Numbered from the stretch's first letter, positions 38,497 through 49,339 are shown. The stretch: 64,000 bases of DNA from Clostridia bacterium (GCA_017407835.1 JAFQVV010000006.1:5809-69808); one strand, 5' to 3'. Numbers and translations: made by a program. The notes: generated from the sequence alone by a model not told the origin.

Positions 38497-39192
38497 ATGC
38501 GCCGCCCCATCATCGGCATCACCACCTCCGCCTGTGCGGATGGTCAGTTGACTGTGCGCGATTCCTACATACAGGCCATCACCGCACACGGCGGTCTTCC
38601 CTGCCCACTCTGCACTGACACCGATTCGATCGCCCTCACCGATCTCTGTGACACGCTGGACGGTCTGCTCTTCGGCGGCGGCTGCGATCTGAATCCCAAC
38701 CATTACGGGGAAACCGTCATTCATCCCTCAGTCGAAATTTCCGACGCGCGCGATCGCTTTGAGCTGGCACTTTTCTCAGCCTTTATGCAAACAAAAAAGC
38801 CCATCTTCGGCATCTGCCGAGGTGTGCAGCTGATGAATGTGGCTCTGGGTGGCAGTCTTATCCAGCACCTTGACGGTCATCGGCAAACGCCGACTGCGGG
38901 AAATATTCCCACGCACGATGTGCTTCTCGCCGAAAAGAGCTTGCTCTGCCGCATTTGCGGGTGCGACCGAATATCGGTCAACAGCTTCCACCATCAAGCG
39001 ATTAAGCATATCGGAAAAGATGCATCTATCTCGGCCATCACCCCAAACGGTGTTGTCGAGGGCATCGAGCTGCCCCAAAGTGTACATCCCTTTTTCCTCG
39101 GCGTACAATGGCATCCCGAGCTGTTTTGGCGGGAACATCCGTCGGCTTCCCTGCTCTTCTCTGCCTTTGTTTCTGCCTGCGTACAAAAATAA
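38497..39192 (+). CDS. Gamma-glutamyl-gamma-aminobutyrate hydrolase family (peptidase C26)
   Basis: PIIGIT, GGGCD, GICRGVQ, VNSFHHQ and GVQWHPE motifs. Confidence 0.9.
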   Translation: MRRPIIGITTSACADGQLTVRDSYIQAITAHGGLPCPLCTDTDSIALTDLCDTLDGLLFGGGCDLNPNHYGETVIHPSVEISDARDRFELALFSAFMQTKKPIFGICRGVQLMNVALGGSLIQHLDGHRQTPTAGNIPTHDVLLAEKSLLCRICGCDRISVNSFHHQAIKHIGKDASISAITPNGVVEGIELPQSVHPFFLGVQWHPELFWREHPSASLLFSAFVSACVQK

Positions 39193-39219
39193 AACAAACA
39201 AAATCCTGAGGATAAAAAT

Positions 39220-39990
39220 ATGTCTGTCGAACTGAAAATCTGCACCTTTAATCTCCGCGTTGCCACCGAGCACGACGGAATCAACAACTTCCCCTATCGC
39301 ACCCACCGCATTTTGGATACCATTCGCACCGAAAAACCCGATGTGATCGGTTTTCAGGAAGCTCGGGATGAGCAGCGCCTTTGGCTGCGTGAATCTTTGA
39401 CCGACTACACACTGCTCGGATGCGGACGCAATGCCAATTACCGCGGTGAATCTGTGGTACTCGCTTATCGCACCGATGTCTTTGAAATGATTGCATTTGA
39501 GCAGTTCTGGCTCTCGCCCACACCGTCTGTTCCCGCCTCCCGCTTCGGCGCCGATCAAAGCACCTGTCCCCGTACGACAGTTGCCGCTTCGCTCAAGCAT
39601 CACGATGCAGATGAGATTCTGCATGTTTACAATACGCATCTCGATCATAAAGGGCCGATCGCCCGCCTGCTCGGTGCAACCCAGCTCATACAGAGGATCT
39701 CCGCACAGGGTGGGAAATTTGTTCTCACGGGAGATTTCAATGCCACACCGGATGCTGCGGAAATCCAAAGCATCACGGCTTGCCCCACCCTGCCCATCGT
39801 TGATGCTACCGTAGGATTGGGGGGCACCTTCCATGACTACGGCAAGCTGGACAATCCGGAGAAAATCGACTACATCTTCACCAACGCCGAGTGCGATCCG
39901 GCCGAATCTTACCTCATCGAAGACCATCCCGCCGACGGTGTCTACATCTCGGATCACAATCCCGTTTTTGCCTATATCACGCTGAACTAA
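39220..39990 (+). CDS. Endonuclease/exonuclease/phosphatase family protein
   Basis: TFNLR, GFQE, NTHLD, GDFN, IDYIF and SDHNPV motifs. Confidence 0.9.
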   Translation: MSVELKICTFNLRVATEHDGINNFPYRTHRILDTIRTEKPDVIGFQEARDEQRLWLRESLTDYTLLGCGRNANYRGESVVLAYRTDVFEMIAFEQFWLSPTPSVPASRFGADQSTCPRTTVAASLKHHDADEILHVYNTHLDHKGPIARLLGATQLIQRISAQGGKFVLTGDFNATPDAAEIQSITACPTLPIVDATVGLGGTFHDYGKLDNPEKIDYIFTNAECDPAESYLIEDHPADGVYISDHNPVFAYITLN

Positions 39991-40037
39991 AAAGGAAGCG
40001 GAAGTCAATTGACTTCCGCTTCCTTTTTGCTTATCAT

Positions 40038-41099
40038 TTATGCCAGATCGCCCACCATGGCGTACAGGCGTTCAATCTCTGCCTTGCGGTATGCGCAGAG
40101 TTCCTTCATGGAAGCGATCTCTTCCGCAGAGTAGGGATCAAGGTCGCCCTCTTTGAGCTTGTTTTTGTACATACGGTCCACAATGTGCGAATAATTGATA
40201 TCGCAGGTGACCAGCTTACCCTCGCGCTCAACAACAACCAGATTGCTCTTGCCCTCAAGCATCAATTCAACGGCCATTGTTCCCATCTCGGCAGCCGTCA
40301 AACGGTCACGCAGGGTAGGTCTGCCGCCGCGGCAAACGTGTGCCAAACGGGCAAACTTGGTCTCAACACCGGTTGCTTCTTCAATCTTCTTTGCCAGTTC
40401 CTCACCGTATTTGCCCAGGCCCTCGCTGACAGTAACGATAAAGTTACGCTTGCCGCCCGCACGCAGCGTCTTGATCTTCTCAAAAGCAGCAGTTTCATCA
40501 AAGGGAATTTCGGGAATCGCAACAGCAACCGCACCGCAGGCAATGCCCGTACGCAGTGCAATCTCACCGCAGTCACGCCCCATGACCTCAACCACATTGC
40601 AGCGCGCGTGGGATTCGCAGGTATCACGCAGGCGGTCAATCATCACGCAGACGGTGTTCATCGCGGTGTCAAAGCCGATGGTATAGTCACTTGCCGTAAT
40701 ATCATTGTCGATCGAACCGGTCAGGCCGATGGTGGGAATACCATGATTGGAGAGGTCGGTGGCACCGCGGAAGGTACCGTCACCGCCGATGCACACAATA
40801 CCGTCAATTCCGTTGTCACGGCAGCAGGCAATGGCCTTCTTCATGCCTTCCTCGGTCTTAAACTCGAGGCAGCGGTCGGTATACAGAAACGTACCGCCCT
40901 CATTGACAATATTGGAAACATCGCCATGGTTAAGCGTCTTCATTTTGTTGTTGAGCAAACCGCTGTAACCGCCGTAGAAACCGATAACCTCAAGGCCGCG
41001 GGAAAGTGCAGCCCGCGTCACGGCACGCACACAGGCATTCATGCCGGGAGCATCACCGCCCGACGTGAGCACGGCAATTTTGCGAAACTGTTTGTTCAT
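40038..41099 (-). CDS. pfkA: ATP-dependent 6-phosphofructokinase
   Basis: TSGGDAPGMN, GGDGT, IDND and EVMGR motifs; GGAGG RBS. Confidence 0.93.
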   Translation of the reverse strand: MNKQFRKIAVLTSGGDAPGMNACVRAVTRAALSRGLEVIGFYGGYSGLLNNKMKTLNHGDVSNIVNEGGTFLYTDRCLEFKTEEGMKKAIACCRDNGIDGIVCIGGDGTFRGATDLSNHGIPTIGLTGSIDNDITASDYTIGFDTAMNTVCVMIDRLRDTCESHARCNVVEVMGRDCGEIALRTGIACGAVAVAIPEIPFDETAAFEKIKTLRAGGKRNFIVTVSEGLGKYGEELAKKIEEATGVETKFARLAHVCRGGRPTLRDRLTAAEMGTMAVELMLEGKSNLVVVEREGKLVTCDINYSHIVDRMYKNKLKEGDLDPYSAEEIASMKELCAYRKAEIERLYAMVGDLA

Positions 41100-41281
41100 G
41101 GTAATTCCTCCGTTTGATACGATAGGCAAAGCCTTAATTTTTGCAATAGTCATCATTGGATTATTATAATATAGTCTTGGCAAAAAATCAAGAGTTCATG
41201 CACAATTTGTCGTTTTTCTCACAAATCTTGGCAAAATTGAGAAAAACGCAGCCCAAAAATCTCCAATCGTTGTGCGATTTT

Positions 41282-42553
41282 TCAGCGGCACTCGGGATAC
41301 TTTTCACGCAGCCGGACCAACACATGATAGAGCGCATGGCTGGCGGAACAAGTACGGATATACGCACGGTCGGCATGAGAATCAAGCTGAAGCAAATGTG
41401 TACTCTCCCCCCTCTCGTCAGAAAGGCCAAGCCAAACGGTCCCGACAGGCTTCTGTGGCGTTCCGCCACCCGGTCCCGCAATCCCCGTTGTACTGATACC
41501 GATCGACGCACCGGTCGCCAGACGAACACCCCGTGCCATTTGTGCGGCAACTTCCGCACTGACCGCACCGTGTGCAGCAAGTGTTTCTCGGTCAACACCG
41601 AGCACATCCGCCTTGACCTCATTGGCATACGAAACAACGCCACCCGGGAAAACGGCGGATGCACCGGGGACATCGGTAATACGCTTTGCGATCAAGCCGC
41701 CCGTACAGGACTCGGCCGTGGAAACCGTCAGCCCGTGCTCGACAAGGAGAGGCACCAGTGCAGCCTCAATTGAGCCAACATCCACACCGTAAATATAGGG
41801 CGCAATCTCGGTCTTGCGCAGTGCGCTTTCCTCGGCGTCGCAGAGCGCGTATGCCTCTGCCTCATCCCGTCCGCGCGCCGTGATGCGCAAACGAACCTCG
41901 CCGTCGGCACAATAAGGGGCGAGAGTGGGATTGAGAGAACCCTCCATCCGATCGCGCAGAAGAGCCTCCAGTGCCGATTCGCCGATGCCGAACAGATGCA
42001 GATTTCGGCTTCGCAAAACACAATCGGTGCGCGCCGACAAATAAGGAATCACCCATCTATCCACCATGGGAACAAGCTCGCGGGGAGGGCCGGGAAGCAA
42101 AATCATCACGCCGCGCCCCTCTTCCTCGAGGGCAAGACCGGGTGCGGTTCCGTGATCGTTGGCAAATATCGCCGCGCCCTCGGGCATCATTGCCTGCTTG
42201 CGGTTGTTGGGTGTCATTTCCTTTCCGCGACGGGCAAAAAAGGCTTCAATTTGCTCGAGTGAATCGGTATCACAATACATCTGCCGCCCAAAACAGGCAG
42301 CCGCCGTTTCCTTGGTCAGATCATCGCAGGTGGGGCCGAGTCCGCCGCTGGTGATGACCAGATCGGCGCGTCCAAGTGCTGTTTCCATCGCTTGGCGCAT
42401 TCTGGCGGGATTATCCCCCACCACCGATTGATGATAGACCGATATGCCAAGCGACGCCAGCGTGCGAGCCAGATAGGCGGCATTGGTATTGACAATGTCA
42501 CCGAGCAGAAGCTCGGTACCGACACATAAAATTTCGGCAGTTTTGATTTGCAT
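41282..42553 (-). CDS. cinA: Competence/damage-inducible protein A
   Basis: GTELLLG, GGLGPTCDD, PGPPRE, TAESCTGG and TTGIAGPGG motifs. Confidence 0.95.
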   Translation of the reverse strand: MQIKTAEILCVGTELLLGDIVNTNAAYLARTLASLGISVYHQSVVGDNPARMRQAMETALGRADLVITSGGLGPTCDDLTKETAAACFGRQMYCDTDSLEQIEAFFARRGKEMTPNNRKQAMMPEGAAIFANDHGTAPGLALEEEGRGVMILLPGPPRELVPMVDRWVIPYLSARTDCVLRSRNLHLFGIGESALEALLRDRMEGSLNPTLAPYCADGEVRLRITARGRDEAEAYALCDAEESALRKTEIAPYIYGVDVGSIEAALVPLLVEHGLTVSTAESCTGGLIAKRITDVPGASAVFPGGVVSYANEVKADVLGVDRETLAAHGAVSAEVAAQMARGVRLATGASIGISTTGIAGPGGGTPQKPVGTVWLGLSDERGESTHLLQLDSHADRAYIRTCSASHALYHVLVRLREKYPECR

Positions 42554-42685
42554 GAATACTCACCTCTTTGGTATTGTTGGTTTTATAATAGCATATTTTC
42601 GGGCGTTTGGCAAGAACAACTCACCTTATGTGGAAAAAGGGTGTGCCGCGCCCATTCACGCGGCTCACCCTTTTTATCATTCTTT

Positions 42686-43507
42686 TTATTTGTCTAAATG
42701 TACATCGAGCTGCGGGAAGGGAATCTCGATTTCAGCAGCGATCAGACGGTTATGAATATCCCGAAGCAGGTCGTGATACACATCCCAATATTTTCCCGAC
42801 TCAACCCAAACACGCAGTGTAAAACCGAGCGAACAATCGTTCTGGGCGGTCATTCGGGCAAAGGGAGCGGGATCACGGCGAACGCGGCTGTCGGCTTCTG
42901 CAGCCTCAAGCAAAAGCGCGGTAACACGATCGGGATCGGTACCGTATGCCGCAGTGAAACTCATATCCACACGGCGCAGCTCCTCGGCGGAGTAGTTGAC
43001 GATGGCGGCTCCCATGAGCGTACCGTTGGGAATCATCACACGCTTGTTATCGCCCGTGGTGAGAACGGTGTAAAAAATGGTAATCTCGCGCACAACACCC
43101 GATTGACCTGCGGCTTCAATAAAGTCACCGATTCTGAAGGGCTTGAGGAATACCAACATAATCCCGCCTGCAAAATTAGACAGGGAACCTTGCAGAGCCA
43201 AGCCAATGGCTGCCCCGGCTGCAGCGAGCACGGTAATGATTGATGCAATTTCAATCCCGAGAATCGGAACAATGGCAACAATCAAAACCACATAAAGTGC
43301 GATCCGAATAAAGCTGTCAAGGAAACTGCGCATCTCAAGGTCAATCCGTGCATACGCCTTGGAGCGTCCGATCACCCTCAGCAAAAACTTAATCAGCAGC
43401 GAACCGACAACAAAAACAATAGCCGCCCAGAGCAGCTTGGTGCCGATACCGACGGCTGCGGTGAGAATTGTGGAAAGAATTGCGGGCATAATAACATTCT
43501 CCTTCAA
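42686..43507 (-). CDS. mscS: Small-conductance mechanosensitive channel
   Basis: AIGLALQGSLSNFAGG, PFRIGD and IPFPQ motifs. Confidence 0.92.
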   Translation of the reverse strand: MKENVIMPAILSTILTAAVGIGTKLLWAAIVFVVGSLLIKFLLRVIGRSKAYARIDLEMRSFLDSFIRIALYVVLIVAIVPILGIEIASIITVLAAAGAAIGLALQGSLSNFAGGIMLVFLKPFRIGDFIEAAGQSGVVREITIFYTVLTTGDNKRVMIPNGTLMGAAIVNYSAEELRRVDMSFTAAYGTDPDRVTALLLEAAEADSRVRRDPAPFARMTAQNDCSLGFTLRVWVESGKYWDVYHDLLRDIHNRLIAAEIEIPFPQLDVHLDK

Positions 43508-43714
43508 AAGTTCCCGTCAAACGGAGTAATAGACAGTATAGCACAAAACAACACATTTGTAAAGGCAAAATCTTGCCATGTACCCGAAAATATGCTATAA
43601 TAAACTATACTTCATCCGGTAAAAAAATACCTCGCTATCCCAATTTACTTCGCACCAAAGTTTTTTGTGCGTATCCGATTGCAACGACACCAAACAAAAG
43701 AAAGGTGATTTTCG

Positions 43715-46700
43715 ATGTCTGCTCCTCGCTTTTATCATGCGCCTGCCCGCCGCGCCATCCGGGGGACGGCATATACAATATTTGCCTCAACCTCGGCCGA
43801 AGTGCAGTCGGTCTGCGCGGTCTGCAGTCACACAAAGACGCTTCTCCTTCCCACAGGTGAGTATGGAAATCTTCGCCTTTGGCAAGGGGAACTGATGCCG
43901 CCGATGGGTGTCGATACCCTCACCTATACCCTGTGTGCCGATCTGGTGCCGATGGGGGAATACACCGTTCCCCTCTCGCCGATCAACCTCGCCCCCATCG
44001 CCATTTCCGAGCTTTATCTGCGGGCACGAACCATGCACACCCCCTATATTGAGGTCATGAACACAACTGACGCGCCCATTGATCTCGCAGACTATGCGCT
44101 GATGTGGAAACGCGGTACACTTGATGCCGATTTCCCCGTCAACCGAATCCCGATTTCCCCTCGTGCGGGCGAAACAATTATTCCCCCGCGCTCGACAGCA
44201 GTGCTCTGGGTTGCCTTTGCCCTGACGCATGACAGCAGCTCCCCCTGCCTGACCGCCGAGGATTTCTATGCCCGTTTGGCGGCAGATCACACATGGTGCG
44301 GATTTTCCGCCGTGCCCGATGAAGTCAATCTGATTCGCATCGAAGCCTGCGATGAAGCAGAGGACGGAACATGGCACAACAAAGCTGATTTTGCGCCCTT
44401 CCCCGTTCTGCGGCCGTGGGATACCATCACGCTGGGTATTGCCCCCCTGGGTGCTTCCCTTGACGATGCCGTCAGCCGTGTCACCTTAAACACAAATATC
44501 AATTCCCCGTGGCACAACGATGTTTCTGTGCGCCGTGCTTCGCTCTGGCAGACCGATATCTTCGGCGGTGCGGCTGTGCGTATGCTCACCTCGTCGGCCC
44601 CCATCTCGCCCGGTATACTTGATGCCGCTCAGCGTATCCCCGATCCGCATACCGACAAACCGCTTGGCATCGCGCCCCTTCGCCTGCCCGATGAACACCC
44701 CCTCTCCGATGGGAAACTTAACCTCTCGTGGGCGGTGTTCGGCGGAGATGCGTGTGCAAGCCGCATTCGCTGTGTACAGGAAAATGATACGATCTGCTTT
44801 GATGCAGCCGAAGAAAACGGCATCTGGTCGATCACCCTTCCCGCTGATCTGATCGACCGACAGGAGATGCTCTCGCTCACCATTGAGGCGGACAACGGCA
44901 GTTTCACTACCGCGCTGGAAACTTCGATTCGCATCATTGATAACGCAGGTCCCGTGGTGACCGCGATGACCCCCGACAACGGATACGCCGCCTTCGTCAG
45001 CCAATCGATTGAGCTGAGGGCGGACTATTTCGACCGTTCGGGTGTGGATGCTTACACCAGCCGGCTCTATCTTGACGGCATGGATATCAGCCACAAGGCG
45101 ATCTGGACTTCTTCGGGCGTGCGCTGTACGCTCGAGAAGCTCAAGCGCGGACAGCACAAAATTGCGCTCAAGCTCTATGACTGTCTGGGCAATGCAAGCA
45201 GAACCGTTTCCTATTTTCGCATGGTTGGACAGGATGAACTGCACTGTTATCGGGGGGAGGTACACGCGCACACGCAGGACTCGGACGGTGTGGGTACCCC
45301 CGAGGATGCCATGACTTATGCGCATGAGATGGGCGGTGTCGATTATTTCGCCGTCACCGAACACGGGCACCATATCTCGCAGAAAATTTACGACAAACAA
45401 AAAGCGGCCGCGGCGGCACACAATATCCCCCATCAATACGCTGTTCTGCAGGGATGGGAAATGACCTGGAACAACGAAACGGGGTATTGGGGGCATATCA
45501 ATATCCTTGAGAGCGATTTCATCCACTTTGACATTCGCTCCATGGATATGCCCGCTCTCTTTTCGGCGTTTGCCGATGATCCCACCGCCATTGGTATGTT
45601 CAATCACCCCTGCTATGCATGGGGCAACTTTGACGAATTCGCACATCTCACCGCCGACGCCGACCGTGTGATGTGTCTGGACGAGATCAAATCCGCCGCC
45701 TACGACACCGCGCACGCGCTGGCACTGGCAAAGGGCTGGCACGTCGCCCCTGTATCCAACGAGGACACCCATCAGTTCAACTGGACAACAGCGACTCCCC
45801 AAACAGGCTTCATCCTCGCACCCGCACTGACGCGGCAGAATGTCGCCGAAGCCTTCCGCGCACGGCGAACCTATTCCACATCCGATCCCACACTTCATCT
45901 GCGCTTCCGCGTCAATGGGGCATGGCTCGGCTCGCGCATCCCTGCCACTGATCTGCTGACCATTGATCTGCAGCTTGAGACCCGTCGCCCCGAGGGGCTT
46001 GGTGTGATCAGCATCATCGGTGAGGATAATATCACCGTCGCCGAATGGGATGTCGGGGTGCAGAAGCAGTTTGCACGGCGCATCCACCTCCCTGCCGACT
46101 TCGACTATTATTATCTCAAACTCGTCAATCCTCTCGTTGAGGGAGACTACACCGTCAGCGCGCCCGTCTGGATTGAGGGGCGGGATGCACTTGCCATCAC
46201 CGACATGGCGCTTGCGCTGACGGGGGGCCAAGCCTCCAATCTTGTCTCGGTATCACTCTGCAACAACACCGCCGATGCCGTCACCGACCTTCGCGCCGAG
46301 TTTTATCTCTCACCCGCCGAAGGCTTCGGTCTCGGCAAAACCCTGCCCTATCACACCGCCTATCTCGGCAAGCTTGCCGCAGGTGAGCGCATCACAACCG
46401 AACGCACCTTTCCCAATATCGCGGACTGCCGCCGTGTCAGCGTCATCGTCAGCGGCAGAATCGGCAAGCATCGCTATGCCGACACCCGTTATTTGATGCT
46501 CACCCCCGTCTCCATCGTCGAAATTTTGCCAGACAGCTCTGCCATCACCCTCGCGGATGGAAGAAGCATCACCAATCCCTTCACCTATGCCGTGCTCTTC
46601 AATCATACCAACGAGCCCCTCAATCTGGACGGAGCACAGCTGCGCCAATGGACAAAGACGGGGAAACAGCCATCCCCCAAGCACTGTCATCCCCTTGATG

Positions 46701-47281
46701 GGATCACCATTCCGCCGCGCGGCACCGTGACCCTCTGGCTGCGGGGCGAGGACTCGCCCCTGACCGCCGCGGAGTTCAATGCACACTTTGGCTGTGCGCT
46801 GATTGAAGGCGTAGACCTGATCTGTATCGACCGCGCTCCCCTCTCCGACAAACACACCGCCGCGCGAAGACTGGATTTGTGTCTCGGCGAAGAAACGCTC
46901 AACCGCGTACACTGGAATTACGCCGCCGACTTTGGCCATCAGCCGACCACCGACCGCGCACTCCGCTATTGTTTCCGCGGCAGTATGACGGCGACCTCTG
47001 TCCTCATTGATGAGGCAGCCGTCCCCTCCCCCGCAGGCGTTGATCGTGAACAGCTCCCCACTTCCCGCGCATACCGCATTCCCGACGCAGAACTCCGCCG
47101 TGAGCGGAAAGCAAAGAAGAAGCAGAAAAAACTCACCCGTAAGCCCGAGAAAAAGGGACTGAGTAGCGCAGCCGCCACGGCACTTGGCATCGGTTCGGCT
47201 GCTGTCGGGGCAGCTGTCGGTGCGGGGAGTGCCCTTCTCGCCGTTCTGCTGGCTGATCGACACAAGGAGGATCGCTCATGA
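43715..47281 (+). CDS. Large PHP-family metallohydrolase with flanking lamin-tail-like/Ig-like domains and C-terminal membrane anchor
   Basis: GEVHAHTQDSDG, AVTEH, EMTW...GH, FNHP and NEDTH PHP motifs; ISEL...YIEVMN LTD-like segments; Lys-rich then hydrophobic C-terminus. Confidence 0.78.
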   Translation: MSAPRFYHAPARRAIRGTAYTIFASTSAEVQSVCAVCSHTKTLLLPTGEYGNLRLWQGELMPPMGVDTLTYTLCADLVPMGEYTVPLSPINLAPIAISELYLRARTMHTPYIEVMNTTDAPIDLADYALMWKRGTLDADFPVNRIPISPRAGETIIPPRSTAVLWVAFALTHDSSSPCLTAEDFYARLAADHTWCGFSAVPDEVNLIRIEACDEAEDGTWHNKADFAPFPVLRPWDTITLGIAPLGASLDDAVSRVTLNTNINSPWHNDVSVRRASLWQTDIFGGAAVRMLTSSAPISPGILDAAQRIPDPHTDKPLGIAPLRLPDEHPLSDGKLNLSWAVFGGDACASRIRCVQENDTICFDAAEENGIWSITLPADLIDRQEMLSLTIEADNGSFTTALETSIRIIDNAGPVVTAMTPDNGYAAFVSQSIELRADYFDRSGVDAYTSRLYLDGMDISHKAIWTSSGVRCTLEKLKRGQHKIALKLYDCLGNASRTVSYFRMVGQDELHCYRGEVHAHTQDSDGVGTPEDAMTYAHEMGGVDYFAVTEHGHHISQKIYDKQKAAAAAHNIPHQYAVLQGWEMTWNNETGYWGHINILESDFIHFDIRSMDMPALFSAFADDPTAIGMFNHPCYAWGNFDEFAHLTADADRVMCLDEIKSAAYDTAHALALAKGWHVAPVSNEDTHQFNWTTATPQTGFILAPALTRQNVAEAFRARRTYSTSDPTLHLRFRVNGAWLGSRIPATDLLTIDLQLETRRPEGLGVISIIGEDNITVAEWDVGVQKQFARRIHLPADFDYYYLKLVNPLVEGDYTVSAPVWIEGRDALAITDMALALTGGQASNLVSVSLCNNTADAVTDLRAEFYLSPAEGFGLGKTLPYHTAYLGKLAAGERITTERTFPNIADCRRVSVIVSGRIGKHRYADTRYLMLTPVSIVEILPDSSAITLADGRSITNPFTYAVLFNHTNEPLNLDGAQLRQWTKTGKQPSPKHCHPLDGITIPPRGTVTLWLRGEDSPLTAAEFNAHFGCALIEGVDLICIDRAPLSDKHTAARRLDLCLGEETLNRVHWNYAADFGHQPTTDRALRYCFRGSMTATSVLIDEAAVPSPAGVDREQLPTSRAYRIPDAELRRERKAKKKQKKLTRKPEKKGLSSAAATALGIGSAAVGAAVGAGSALLAVLLADRHKEDRS

Positions 47282-48216
47282 TTCCGCTTCTGCTTGAAGC
47301 CGCGCCCCGCACAGCGCTCTGGGGCGGAAATCGACTGCATGATCGCTACCGCAAGCCCGATCTGCCCCATCTCGCCGAAACATGGGAGCTGTCCGCTCGG
47401 GGTGAGCGTCCTTGCCTTATCATCAACGAGCCGTTTGCAGGTATGCCCTTCGATCGCTACCTCACCGAGATCGAGCATTCCAATCTCCCCTTCCCCCTGC
47501 TGATCAAATTCATCGATGCCGCACAGCCGCTGTCGGTGCAGGTACATCCCGATGATGCCTGCGCCGCCATGTTTGGGGAGAGCGGTAAAACCGAGCTGTG
47601 GCACATCATCGAAGCCGAGCCGGGTGCACGGCTGATTTTGGGTCTGCGGGACGGGGTTGACCGCGGCACCTTTGCAGCCGCACTGCAGAGGGGAGATCCC
47701 ACTCCGCTTCTGCGGGAGGTGGAGGTACACGCAGGCGAGAGTTATTTTATTCCCGCAGGGCTTCTGCACGCCATCGGCACCCCGAGCCATGCCGGAATTC
47801 TGTTGGCCGAAATCCAGCAAAATTCCGATTCGACCTATCGCACCTGGGATTACGGGCGCATGGATACCAACGGTGCTCAGCGCCAACTGCACACCGCCGA
47901 GGCAAACCGCGCACTGCACCTCTACACCCCCGAGGAGGTAGAAGCCCTACGCTTTTCCCGCCGTGACCGCTGCACATTGGCAGGCGAATGCATCTGTGCC
48001 TGCGATCAATTTTCGGTGAGTCTGTTTCGCGGCGAGAGAGGGTTTAAGGTGGAGGAAAGCTTTCTTTCCCTGCTCTGCCTGCGCGGGGAGGGGATTTTGT
48101 CTGCCTCCGGCACCGAACTCACCTTTTCTGCGGGACAAAGTATTTATCTGCCCCCACACATCGGCATCTGCCAGCTGCACGGCAATGCCGAGTTTCTGCT
48201 CAGCGCACCGTCCTGA
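47278..48216 (+). CDS. manA: Mannose-6-phosphate isomerase, class I
   Basis: WGG, PLLIKFIDA, LSVQVHP, KTELW, HAIG and EIQQNSDSTYR motifs. Confidence 0.92.
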   Translation: MIPLLLEAAPRTALWGGNRLHDRYRKPDLPHLAETWELSARGERPCLIINEPFAGMPFDRYLTEIEHSNLPFPLLIKFIDAAQPLSVQVHPDDACAAMFGESGKTELWHIIEAEPGARLILGLRDGVDRGTFAAALQRGDPTPLLREVEVHAGESYFIPAGLLHAIGTPSHAGILLAEIQQNSDSTYRTWDYGRMDTNGAQRQLHTAEANRALHLYTPEEVEALRFSRRDRCTLAGECICACDQFSVSLFRGERGFKVEESFLSLLCLRGEGILSASGTELTFSAGQSIYLPPHIGICQLHGNAEFLLSAPS

Positions 48217-48267
48217 TATGGCTCACGCAAAAAAAGTCCTCTTGAAAATTCAAGAGGACTTTTTTAC

Positions 48268-49146
48268 TCAATCGGCATAAACCGAAGAGATGCCGAAGTA
48301 TTCTTCAAGCGTCATAAATTCGCCATTCCCGAGATACAGCTTCTCTGCGAGCTCGACACCGACATAGCGGATATGCCAAGGCTCGTACATATAGCCTGTG
48401 ATCTCCTCCTTACCCTTGGGATAGCGGATAACAAAGCCATATTCGGCGCAATGCTCCGCGATCCAGCGCGCCTCGGGCGTCTGATCAAAATCAAATGCGG
48501 TTGAGTTGAGATCGATCGCCAACCCCGATTGATGCTCGGAATGCCCTGCACGGGCAGAGTAGCGATCGGCTGCCGCCTGCCCGTCGCGGGCGACATAGCC
48601 GTTGTAGATATATCGCTGATCGTAATATGAGCGGTAATCGCTGATGGATTTGATGGTATACCCCGCAGCGGCGGCATCCTGCTTCATTTGCCAGTAAGCA
48701 TTGAGCGCCTCGGGCGTCAGCGATTTCTGGGGATAATCGGCAGGCAGACCGTAGGTTTTGTTGACGATCAGCGTGCCGTCGATATATGTTACACCGTCAA
48801 CCACAGTAATGGGAAAGCCCTTTGATGTACGGTTTGAATCGGGCGCATCGGTGGTTTGGGGCGTGGCTGTTGTTTCGGGTGCGACCGTCGTTTCGGGTGC
48901 GGCTGTTGTCTCGGGTGCGGCTGTTGTCTCGGGTGCGGCTGTTGTTTCGGGTGCGGCTGTTGTTTCGGGTGCAGCCGTTGTCTCGGGTGCAGCCGTCGTC
49001 TCGGGCTCCGCATCAATCGACGCGAGAGGGGAGACAGTCTCCGGCTTTGTATCGGGCAGAACGTCAATCATTGTCCGATCATCACCCAATGCACAGGACG
49101 AACAAAGAAACAATAGAACAAAAATCAGCGCCAATTTATATTTCAT
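48268..49146 (-). CDS. M15B (VanY-like) D-Ala-D-Ala/LD-carboxypeptidase lipoprotein
   Basis: YRSY, SARAGHSEHQSGLAID and EPWHIRYVG motifs; signal peptide with Cys. Confidence 0.9.
   Translation of the reverse strand: MKYKLALIFVLLFLCSSCALGDDRTMIDVLPDTKPETVSPLASIDAEPETTAAPETTAAPETTAAPETTAAPETTAAPETTAAPETTVAPETTATPQTTDAPDSNRTSKGFPITVVDGVTYIDGTLIVNKTYGLPADYPQKSLTPEALNAYWQMKQDAAAAGYTIKSISDYRSYYDQRYIYNGYVARDGQAAADRYSARAGHSEHQSGLAIDLNSTAFDFDQTPEARWIAEHCAEYGFVIRYPKGKEEITGYMYEPWHIRYVGVELAEKLYLGNGEFMTLEEYFGISSVYAD
48844..49005 (-). repeat. 18-bp coding tandem repeat (PETTAA-type, 9 units)
   Basis: Six PETTAA units followed by PETTVA, PETTAT and PQTTDA. Confidence 0.92.
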
Positions 49147-49339
49147 GGTAAAACTCCTCATCAAAAACCAACATTACCGATATGATACCACATTTTTTCC
49201 GTTTGCGCAAGTGTCAGCAACGGCATTGGAAATAAAAATCACTCGACATTTCACGAAAACGGTTGCAACCGGCGCAAAAAAATGATATAATTTAAGATAG
49301 ATTTGTGTATTCAAAAAACAACACACGGGAGACCGTTTT

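Noticed and set aside
40690-40800. PPi-dependent or inactive PFK suggested by TGSIDND instead of PGTIDND
   Set aside because: GGDGT retains the Gly diagnostic of ATP-dependent enzymes and the catalytic Asp residues are intact.
48268-49146. Vancomycin-resistance locus (VanY-like gene; SanA-like gene at 36661)
   Set aside because: No van ligase, vanH/vanX or vanRS nearby; these are ordinary cell-wall enzymes.
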